A stretch of 64,000 bases of DNA, from the NCBI GenBank assembly GCA_964016885.1, contig OZ024740.1, positions 137,454,001-137,518,000 of the forward strand, in the 5' to 3' direction. A program made the position numbers and the translations under genes. The notes beneath the pieces are model-generated. The model was not told the DNA's origin. It did not search any database and was given only the letters and a program-made list of their open reading frames with translations. The DNA comes from Eledone cirrhosa. Lineage: Eukaryota. Below are positions 52,301 to 63,500 of the stretch, piece by piece. Each line of letters opens with the position of its first letter. Position 1 is the first letter of the stretch.

Positions 52301-55300
52301 TTTCTCTCAATCTCCAATTCGCTCTTTCTCTTATCACTTTTTTCTCAACTCCAATTCTCTCTTTCTCTTATCACTTTTCCCCCATCTCCAATTCTCTCTT
52401 TCTCTTATCACATTTTTCCCAATCTCCAATTCTCTCTTTCTCTCATCACGTTTCTCTCAATCTCCAATTCTCTCTTTCTCTCCTCACTTTTCTCTGAATC
52501 TCCAATTCTCTCTTTATCTTCTCACTTTTCTCTCAATCTCCAATCCTCTCTTTCTATTCTCAGTTTACTCCCAATCTCCAATTCTCTCTTTCTCTTATCA
52601 CTTTTCCCCCAATCTCCAATTCACTCTTTCTATTATTACTTTTCTCTCAATCTCCAATTCTCTCTTTCTCTTATCACCTTTCCCCCAATCTCCAATTCTC
52701 TCTTTCTCTTATCTCTTTTCTCTCAATCTCCAATTCTCTCTTTCTCTTATCACTTTTCCCCCAATCTCCAATTCTCTCTTTCACTTATCACTTTTTTCTC
52801 AATCTCCAATTCTCTCTTTCTCTTATCACTTTTCTCTCAATCTCCAATTCTCTCTTTCTCTTATCACTTTTCCCCCAATCTCCAATTCTCTCTTTCTATT
52901 ATCACTTTTCTGTCAATCTCCAATTCTCTCTTTCTCTTATCACTTTTCTCTCCATCTCCAAGTCTGTCTTTCTCTTATCACTTTTCTCTCAATCTCCAAA
53001 TCTCTCTTTCTCTTCTCACTTTTCCCCCAATCTCCAATTCTCTCTTTCTCTTATCACTTTTCTCCCAATCTCCAATTCTCTCTTTCTATTATCACTTTTC
53101 TCTCAATCTCCAATTCTCTCTTTCTCTTATCACCTTTCCCCCAATCTCCAATTCTCTCTTTCTCTTATCACTTTTCTCTCAATCTCCAATTCTCTCTTTC
53201 TCATATGACTTTTCCTTCAATCTCCAATTCTCTCTTTCTCTTATCACTTTCCCCCAATCTCCAATTCTCTCTTTCTATTATCACTTTTCTCTCAATCTCC
53301 AATTCTCTCTTTCTCTTATCACTTTTCTCTCCATCTCCAATTCTCTCTTTCTCTTATCACTTTTCTCTCAATCTCCAAATCTCTCTTTCTATTCTCACTT
53401 TTCCCCCAATCTCCAATTCTCTCTTTCTCTTCTCACTTTTCCCCCAATCTCCAATTCTCTCTTTCTCTCATCACTTTTCTCTCAATCTCCAATTCTCTCT
53501 TTCTCTTATCACTTTTCCCCCATCTCCAATTCTCTCTTTCTCTTATCACTTTTCTCTCAATCTCCAATTCTCTCTTTCTCTTATCACATTTCTCTCAAAC
53601 TCCAATTCTCTCTTTCTCTTATCACTTTTCCCCCCAATCTCCAATTCTCTCTTTCTCTTATCACTTTTCTCTCACTCTCCCATTCTCTCTTTCTATTATG
53701 ACTTTTCCACCAATCTCCAATTCTCTCTTTCTCTTATGGCTTTTCTCTCAATCTCCAATTCTCTCTTTCTTTTCTCACTTTTCCCCCAATCTCCAATTCT
53801 CTCTTTCTCTTCACAATTTTCCCCCAATCTCCATTTCTCTCTTTCTCTTATCACTTTTCCCCTCAATCTCCAATTCTCTCTTTCTCTTATCCCTTTTCTC
53901 TCAATCTCCAATTCTCTCAATCTCCAATTCCCTCTTTCTCTTATCACTTTTCTCTCAATCTCCAATTCTCTCTTTCTCTTATCACCTTACCCCCAATCTC
54001 CAATTCTCTCTTTCTCTTATCACTTTTCTCTCAATCTCCAATTCTCTCTTTCTCATATGACTTTTCCCTCAATCTCCAATTCTCTCTTTCTCTTATCACT
54101 TTCCCCCAATCTCCAATTCTCTCTTTCTATTATCACTTTTCTCTCAATCTCCAATTCTCTCTTTCTCTTATCACTTTTCTCTCCATCTCCAATTCTCTCT
54201 TTCTCTTATCACTTTTCTCTCAATCTCCAAATCTCTCTTTCTATTCTCACTTTTCCCCCAATCTCCAATTCTCTCTTTCTCTTCTCACTTTTCCCCCAAT
54301 CTCCAATTCTCTCTTTCTCTCATCACTTTTCTCTCAATCTCCAATTCTCTCTTTCTCTTATCACTTTTCCCCCATCTCCAATTCTCTCTTTCTCTTATCA
54401 CTTTTCTCTCAATCTCCAATTCTCTCTTTCTCTTATCACATTTCTCTCAATCTCCAATTCTCTCTTTCTCTTATCACTTTTCCCCCCAATCTCCAATTCT
54501 CTCTTTCTCTTATCACTTTTCTCTCACTCTCCCATTCTCTCTTTCTATTATGACTTTTCCACCAATCTCCAATTCTCTCTTTCTCTTATGGCTTTTCTCT
54601 CAATCTCCAATTCTCTCTTTCTTTTCTCACTTTTCCCCCAATCTCCAATTCTCTCTTTCTCTTCACAATTTTCCCCCAATCTCCAATTCTCTCTTTCTCT
54701 TATCACTTTTCCCCTCAATCTCCAATTCTCTCTTTCTCTTATCCCTTTTCTCTCAATCTCCAATTCTCTCAATCTCCAATTCCCTCTTTCTCTTATCACT
54801 TTTCTCTCAATCTCTAATTCTCTCTTTCTCTCATCACTTTTCGCTCAATCTCCAATTCTCTCTTTCGCTTATCACTTTTCCCCCAATCTCCAATTCTCTC
54901 TTTCTCTTATCACTTTTCTCTCAATCTCCAATTCGCTCTTTCTCTTATCACTTTTCCCCCAATCTCCAATTCTCTCTTTCTCTTATCACTTTTCTCTCAC
55001 TCTCCAATTCTCTATTTCTCTTATGACTTTTCCCCCAATCCCCAATTCTCTCTTTCTATTATCAATTTTCTCTCAATCTCCAATTCTTTCTTTCTCTAAT
55101 CACTTTTCCCCCAATCTCCAATTCTCTCTCTTTCTCTTATCACTTTTCTCTCAATCTCCAATTCTCTCTTTCTCTTATCACTTTTCCCCCAATCTCCAAT
55201 TCTCTCTTTCTCTTCTCACTTTTCTCTGAATCTCCAATTCTCTCTTTGTCTTCTCACTTTTCTGTCAATCTCCAATCCTCTCTTTCTGTTCTCAGTTTAC

Positions 55301-58300
55301 CCCCTATCTCCAATTCTCTCTTTCTCTAATCACTTTTCTCTCAATCTCCAATTCGCTCTTTCTCTTATCACTTTTCCCCCATCTCCAATTCTCTCTTTCT
55401 CTTATCACTTTTCTCTCAATCTCCAATTCTCTCTTTCTCTTATCAATTTTCTCTCAATCTCCAATTCTTTCTTTCTCTAATCACTTTTCCCCCAATCTCC
55501 AATTCTCTCTTTCTCTTATCATATTTCTCTCAATCTCCAATTCTCCTTTTCACTTATCACTTTTTCTCAATCTCCATTTCTCTCTTTCTCTTCTCACTCT
55601 TCCCCCAATCTCTAATTCTCTCTTTCTCTTCTCACATTTCCCCCAATCTCCAATTCTCTCTTTCTCTCATCACTTTTCTCTCAATCTCCAATTCTCTCTT
55701 TCTGTTATCAATTTTCTCTCAATCTCCAATTCTTTCTTTCTCTTATCACTTTTCTCTCAATCTCCAATTCTCTCTTTCACTTATCACTTTTTTCTCAATC
55801 TCCAATTCTCTCTTTCTCTTATCACTTTTCTCTCAATCTCCAATTCTCTCTTTCTCTTATCACTTTTCCCCCAATCTCCAATTCTCTCTTTCTATTATCA
55901 CTTTTCTCTCCATCTCCAAGTCTCTCTTTCTCTTATCACTTTTCTCTCAATCTCCAAATCTCTCTTTCTCTTCTCACTTTTCTCCCAATCTCCAATTCTC
56001 TCTTTCTCTTCTCACTTTTCCCCCAATCTCCAATTCTCTCTTTCTCTCATCACTTTTCTCTCAATCTCCAATTCTCTCTTTCTCTTATCACTTTTCTCTC
56101 AATCTCCAATTCTCTCTTTCTCTTATCACTTTTCCCCCATCTCCAATTCTCTCTTTCTCTTATCACTTTTCTCTCAATCTCCAATTCTCTCTTTCCCTTA
56201 TCACTTTTCTCTCAATCTCCAATTCTCTCTTTCTCAAATCACTTTTCTCTCAATCTCCTATTCTCTCCATCTCCAAGTCTCTCTTTCTCTTATCACTTTC
56301 TCTCAATCTCCAAATCTCTCTTTCTCTTCTCACTTTTCTCCCAATCTCCAATTCTCTCTTCCTCTTCTCACTTTTCCCCCAATCTCCAATTCTCTCTTTC
56401 TCTCATCACTTTTCTCTCAATCTCCAATTCTCTCTTTCTCTTATCACTTTTCTCTCAATCTCCAATTCTCTCTTTCTCTTATCACTTTTCCCCCATCTCC
56501 AATTCTCTCTTTCTTTTCTCACTTTTCCCCCAACCTCCAATTCTCTCTTTCTCTTCACACTTTTCCCCCAATCTCCAATTCTCTCTTTCTCTTATCACTT
56601 TCCCCCAATCTCTAATTCTCTCTTTCTCTAATCCCTTTTCTCTCAATCTCCAATTCTCTCTTTCTTTTCTCACTTTTCCCCCAATCTCCAATTCTCTCTT
56701 TCTCTTATCACTTTTCTCCCAATCTCCAATTCTCTCTTTCTATTATCACTTTTCTCTCAATCTCCAATTCTCTCTTTCTCTTATCACCTTTCCCCCAATC
56801 TCCAATTCTCTCTTTCTCTTATCACTTTTCTCTCAATCTCCAATTCTCTCTTTCTCATATGACTTTTCCCTCAATCTCCAATTCTCTCTTTCTCTTATCA
56901 CTTTCCCCCAATCTCCAATTCTCTCTTTCTATTATCACTTTTCTCTCAATCTCCAATTCTCTCTTTCTCTTATCACTTTTCTCTCCATCTCCAATTCTCT
57001 CTTTCTCTTATCACTTTTCTCTCAATCTCCAAATCTCTCTTTCTATTCTCACTTTTCCCCCAATCTCCAATTCTCTCTTTCTCTTCTCACTTTTCCCCCA
57101 ATCTCCAATTCTCTCTTTCTCTCATCACTTTTCTCTCAATCTCCAATTCTCTCTTTCTCTTATCACTTTTCCCCCATCTCCAATTCTCTCTTTCTCTTAT
57201 CACTTTTCTCTCAATCTCCAATTCTCTCTTTCTCTTATCACATTTCTCTCAATCTCCAATTCTCTCTTTCTCTTATCACTTTTCCCCCCAATCTCCAATT
57301 CTCTCTTTCTCTTATCACTTTTCTCTCACTCTCCCATTCTCTCTTTCTATTATGACTTTTCCACCAATCTCCAATTCTCTCTTTCTCTTATGGCTTTTCT
57401 CTCAATCTCCAATTCTCTCTTTCTTTTCTCACTTTTCCCCCAATCTCCAATTCTCTCTTTCTCTTCACAATTTTCCCCCAATCTCCAATTCTCTCTTTCT
57501 CTTATCACTTTTCCCCTCAATCTCCAATTCTCTCTTTCTCTTATCCCTTTTCTCTCAATCTCCAATTCTCTCAATCTCCAATTCCCTCTTTCTCTTATCA
57601 CTTTTCTCTCAATCTCCAATTCTCTCTTTCTCTTATCACCTTTCCCCCAATCTCCAATTCTCTCTTTCTCTTATCACTTTTCTCTCAATCTCCAATTCTC
57701 TCTTTCTCATATGACTTTTCCCTCAATCTCCAATTCTCTCTTTCTCTTATCACTTTCCCCCAATCTCCAATTCTCTCTTTCTATTATCACTTTTCTCTCA
57801 ATCTCCAATTCTCTCTTTCTCTTATCACTTTTCTCTCCATCTCCAATTCTCTCTTTCTCTTATCACTTTTTTCTCAATCTCCAAATCTCTCTTTCTATTC
57901 TCACTTTTCCCCCAATCTCCAATTCTCTCTTTCTCTTCTCACTTTTCCCCCAATCTCCAATTCTCTCTTTCTCTCATCACTTTTCTCTCAATCTCCAATT
58001 CTCTCTTTCTCTTATCACTTTTCCCCCATCTCCAATTCTCTCTTTCTCTTATCACTTTTCTCTCAATCTCCAATTCTCTCTTTCTCTTATCACATTTCTC
58101 TCAATCTCCAATTCTCTCTTTCTCTTATCACTTTTCCCCCCAATCTCCAATTCTCTCTTTCTCTTATCACTTTTCTCTCACTCTCCCATTCTCTCTTTCT
58201 ATTATGACTTTTCCACCAATCTCCAATTCTCTCTTTCTCTTATGGCTTTTCTCTCAATCTCCAATTCTCTCTTTCTTTTCTCACTTTTCCCCTCAATCTC

Positions 58301-60500
58301 CAATTCTCTCTTTCTCTTATCCCTTTTCTCTCAATCTCCAATTCTCTCAATCTCCAATTCCCTCTTTCTCTTATCACTTTTCTCTCAATCTCTAATTCTC
58401 TCTTTCTCTCATCACTTTTCGCTCAATCTCCAATTCTCTCTTTCGCTTATCACTTTTCCCCCAATCTCCAATTCTCTCTTTCTCTTATCACTTTTCTCTC
58501 AATCTCCAATTCGCTCTTTCTCTTATCACTTTTCCCCCAATCTCCAATTCTCTCTTTCTCTTATCACTTTTCTCTCACTCTCCAATTCTCTATTTCTCTT
58601 ATGACTTTTCCCCCAATCCCCAATTCTCTCTTTCTATTATCAATTTTCTCTCAATCTCCAATTCTTTCTTTCTCTAATCACTTTTCCCCCAATCTCCAAT
58701 TCTCTCTCTTTCTCTTATCACTTTTCTCTCAATCTCCAATTCTCTCTTTCTCTTATCACTTTTCCCCCAATCTCCAATTCTCTCTTTCTCTTCTCACTTT
58801 TCTCTGAATCTCCAATTCTCTCTTTGTCTTCTCACTTTTCTGTCAATCTCCAATCCTCTCTTTCTGTTCTCAGTTTACCCCCTATCTCCAATTCTCTCTT
58901 TCTCTAATCACTTTTCTCTCAATCTCCAATTCGCTCTTTCTCTTATCACTTTTCTCTCAACTCCAATTCTCTCTTTCTCTTATCACTTTTCCCCCATCTC
59001 CAATTCTCTCTTTCTCTTATCACTTTTCTCTCAATCTCCAATTCTCTCTTTCTCTTATCACTTTTCTCTCAATCTCCAATTCTCTCTTTCTCTTATCACC
59101 TTTCTCTCAATCTCCAATTCTCTCTTTCTCTTATCACTTTTCTCTCAATCTCCAATTCTCTCTTTCTCTTATCACTTTTCTCTCAATCTCCAATTCTCTC
59201 TTTCTCTTATCACTTTTCCCCCAATCTCCAATTCTCTCTTTCTCTTATCAATTTTCTCTCAATCTCCAATTCTTTCTTTCTCTAATCACTTTTCCCCCAA
59301 TCTCCAATTCTCTCTTTCTCTTATCATATTTCTCTCAATCTCCAATTCTCCTTTTCACTTATCACTTTTTCTCAATCTCCATTTCTCTCTTTGTCTTCTC
59401 ACTCTTCCCCCAATCTCTAATTCTCTCTTTCTCTTCTCACATTTCCCCCAATCTCCAATTCTCTCTTTCTCTCATCACTTTTCTCTCAATCTCCAATTCT
59501 CTCTTTCTGTTATCAATTTTCTCTCAATCTCCAATTCTTTCTTTCTCTTATCACTTTTCTCTCAATCTCCAATTCTCTCTTTCACTTATCACTTTTTTCT
59601 CAATCTCCAATTCTCTCTTTCTCTTATCACTTTTCTGTCAATCTCCAATTCTCTCTTTCTCTTATCACTTTTCCCCCAATCTCCAATTCTCTCTTTCTAT
59701 TATCACTTTTCTCTCCATCTCCAAGTCTCTCTTTCTCTTATCACTTTTCTCTCAATCTCCAAATCTCTCTTTCTCTTCTCACTTTTCTCCCAATCTCCAA
59801 TTCTCTCTTTCTCTTCTCACTTTTCCCCCAATCTCCAATTCTCTCTTTCTCTCATCACTTTTCTCTCAATCTCCAATTCTCTCTTTCTCTTATCACTTTT
59901 CTCTCAATCTCCAATTCTCTCTTTCTCTTATCACTTTTCCCCCATCTCCAATTCTCTCTTTCTCTTATCACTTTTCTCTCAATCTCCAATTCTCTCTTTC
60001 CCTTATCACTTTTCTCTCAATCTCCAATTCTCTCTTTCTCAAATCACTTTTCTCTCAATCTCCTATTCTCTCTTTCTCTTATCACTTTTCTCTCCATCTC
60101 CAAGTCTCTCTTTCTCTTATCACTTTCTCTCAATCTCCAAATCTCTCTTTCTCTTCTCACTTTTCTCCCAATCTCCAATTCTCTCTTCCTCTTCTCACTT
60201 TTCCCCCAATCTCCAATTCTCTCTTTCTCTCATCACTTTTCTCTCAATCTCCAATTCTCTCTTTCTCTTATCACTTTTCTCTCAATCTCCAATTCTCTCT
60301 TTCTCTTATCACTTTTCCCCCATCTCCAATTCTCTCTTTCTTTTCTCACTTTTCCCCCAACCTCCAATTCTCTCTTTCTCTTCACACTTTTCCCCCAATC
60401 TCCAATTCTCTCTTTCTCTTATCACTTTCCCCCAATCTCTAATTCTCTCTTTCTCTAATCCCTTTTCTCTCAATCTCCAATTCTCTCTTTCTTTTCTCAC
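43400..60500. repeat. Hierarchical HOR: four ~3.7-3.9-kb units arranged as two ~8.4-8.7-kb super-units
   Basis: Homologous ORF starts at 44525, 48428, 53205 and 56859 (spacings 3903, 4777, 3654). The super-unit offset is 8680 (43881/52561, 44525/53205), falling to 8431 (48051/56482, 48428/56859) after deletions in the second copy. Confidence 0.88.
44409..46134. repeat. 852-bp tandem doublet (23 monomers including one 16-bp truncated monomer), repeated at ~48312-50037, ~53089-54814 and ~56743-58392
   Basis: The GG of marker CTTATGGCTTTT is at 45058/45910, 48961/49813, 53738/54590 and 57392/58244, each pair 852 apart. 852 = 22x38+16. Confidence 0.92.
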
Positions 60501-63500
60501 TTTTCCCCCAATCTCCAATTCTCTCTTTCACTTATCACCTTTCCCCCAATCTCCAATTCTCTCTTTCTCTTATCACTTTTCTCTCAATCTCCAATTCTCT
60601 CAATCTCTTATCACTTTTCTCTCAATCTCCAATTCTCTCTTTCTCTTATCACTTTTCTCTCAATCTCTAATTCTCTCTTTCTCTCATCACTTTTCCCCCA
60701 ATCTCCAATTCTCTCTTTCTCTTATCACTTTTCTCTCAATCTCCAATTCTCTCTTTCTCTTATCACTTTTCCCCCAATCTCCAATTCTCTCTTTCTCTTA
60801 TCACTTTTCTCGCACTCTCCACTTCTCTATTTCTCTTATGACGTTTCCCCAATCTCCAATTCTCTCTTTCTCTTATCACTTTTCCCCCCAATCTCCAATT
60901 CTCTCTTTCTCTTATCACTTTTCTTTCACTCTCCAATTCTCTCTTTCTCTTATGACTTTTCCCCCAATCTCCAAATCTCTCTTTCTCTTATCCCTTTTCT
61001 CTCAATCTCCAATTCTCTCTTTCTTTTCTCACTTTTCCCCCAACCTCCAAATCTCTCTTTCTCTTCACACTTTTCCTCCAATCTCCTATTCTCTCTTTCT
61101 TTTATCACTTTTCTCTCACTCTCCAATCCTCTCTTTCTCTTATGACTTTTCCCCCAATCTCCAATTCTCTCTTTCTCTTATCACTTTTCTCTCAATCTCC
61201 AATTCTCTCTTTCTTTTCTCACTTTTCCCCCAACCTCCAATTCTCTCTTTCTCTTCACACTTTTCCCCCAATCTCCAATTCTCTCTTTCTCTTATCACTT
61301 TCCCCCCAATCTCTAATTCTCTCTTTCTCTTATCCCTTTTCTCACAATCTCCAATTCTCTCTTTCTTTTCTGACTTTTCCCCCAATCTCCAATTCTCTCT
61401 TTCTCTCATCACTTTTCTCTCAATCTCCAATTCTCTCTTTCTCTTATCACTTTTCCCCCATCTCCAATTCTATCTTTCTCTTATCACTTTTCTCTCAATC
61501 TCCAATTCTCTCTTTCTCTTATCACTTTTCTCTCAATCTCCAAATCTCTCTTTCTCAAATGACTTTTCTCTCAATCTCCTATTCTCTCTTTCTCTTATCA
61601 CTTTTCTCTCAATCTCCAATTCCCTCTTTCTCTTATCACTTTTCTCTCAATCTCTAATTATCTCTTTCCCTTATCACTTTTCTCTCAATCTCCAATTCTC
61701 TCTTTCTCTTATCACTTTTCTCTCAATCTCCAATTCTCTCTTTCTCTTATCACTTTTCCCCCCAATCTCCAATTCTCTCTTTCTCTTATCACTTTTCTCT
61801 CACTCTCCAATTCTCTCTTTCTCTTATGACTTTTCCACCAATCTCCAATTCTCTCTTTCTCTTATGGCTTTTCTCTCAATCTCCAATTCTCTCTTTCTTT
61901 TCTCACTTTTCCCCCAATCTCCAATTCTCTCTTTCTCTTCACAATTTTCCCCCAATCTCCAATTCTCTCTTTCTCTTATCACTTTTCCCCCAATCTCCAA
62001 TTCTCTCTTTCTCTTATCCCTTTTCTCTCAATCTCCAATTCTCTCAATCTCCAATTCCCTCTTTCTCTTATCACTTTTCTCTCAATCTCTAATTCTCTCT
62101 TTCTCTCATCACTTTTCGCTCAATCTCCAATTCTCTCTTTCTCTTATCACTTTTCCCCCAATCTCCAATTCTCTCTTTCTCTTATCACTTTTCTCTCAAT
62201 CTCCAATTCGCTCTTTCTCTTATCACTTTTCCCCCAATCTCCAATTCTCTCTTTCTCTTATCACTTTTCTCTCACTCTCCAATTCTCTATTTCTCTTATG
62301 ACTTTTCCCCCAATCCCCAATTCTCTCTTTCTATTATCAATTTTCTCTCAATCTCCAATTCTTTCTTTCTCTAATCACTTTTCCCCCAATCTCCAATTCT
62401 CTCTCTTTCTCTTATCACTTTTCTCTCAATCTCCAATTCTCTCTTTCTCTTATCACTTTTCCCCCAATCTCCAATTCTCTCTTTCTCTTCTCACTTTTCT
62501 CTGAATCTCCAATTCTCTCTTTGTCTTCTCACTTTTCTGTCAATCTCCAATCCTCTCTTTCTGTTCTCAGTTTACCCCCTATCTCCAAATCTCTCTTTCT
62601 CTAATCACTTTTCTCTCAATCTCCAATTCGCTCTTTCTCTTATCACTTTTCTCTCAACTCCAATTCTCTCTTTCTCTTATCACTTTTCCCCCATCTCCAA
62701 TTCTCTCTTTCTCTTATCACATTTTTCCCAATCTCCAATTCTCTCTTTCTCTCATCACGTTTCTCTCAATCTCCAATTCTCTCTTTATCTTCTCACTTTT
62801 CTCTCAATCTCCAATCCTCTCTTTCTATTCTCAGTTTACTCCCAATCTCCAATTCTCTCTTTCTCTTATCACTTTTCCCCCAATCTCCAATTCACTCTTT
62901 CTATTATTACTTTTCTCTCAATCTCCAATTCTCTCTTTCTCTTATCACCTTTCCCCCAATCTCCAATTCTCTCTTTCTCTTATCTCTTTTCTCTCAATCT
63001 CCAATTCTCTCTTTCTCTTATCACTTTTCCCCCAATCTCCAATTCTCTCTTTCACTTATCACTTTTTTCTCAATCTCCAATTCTCTCTTTCTCTTATCAC
63101 TTTTCTCTCAATCTCCAATTCTCTCTTTCTCTTATCACTTTTCCCCCAATCTCCAATTCTCTCTTTCTATTATCACTTTTCTGTCAATCTCCAATTCTCT
63201 CTTTCTCTTATCACTTTTCTCTCCATCTCCAAGTCTGTCTTTCTCTTATCACTTTTCTCTCAATCTCCAAATCTCTCTTTCTCTTCTCACTTTTCCCCCA
63301 ATCTCCAATTCTCTCTTTCTCTTATCACTTTTCTCCCAATCTCCAATTCTCTCTTTCTATTATCACTTTTCTCTCAATCTCCAATTCTCTCTTTCTCTTA
63401 TCACCTTTCCCCCAATCTCCAATTCTCTCTTTCTCTTATCACTTTTCTCTCAATCTCCAATTCTCTCTTTCTCATATGACTTTTCCCTCAATCTCCAATT

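Noticed and set aside
15710-61430. Short minus-strand E/R/K-rich ORFs (69-96 aa)
   Set aside because: These are translations of the purine strand between TGATAA stop pairs. They open only where a variant removes the stop and recur simply because of the HORs.
1543-62504. Long + strand S/L/F/P-rich ORFs, up to 1255 aa (48428-52195)
   Set aside because: The + consensus contains no TAA, TAG or TGA, so all three frames stay open and give the same 38-aa repeat per three monomers. ORFs overlap in different frames, starts and stops are sporadic point variants, and frameshifting indels are common. There is no evidence of coding constraint.
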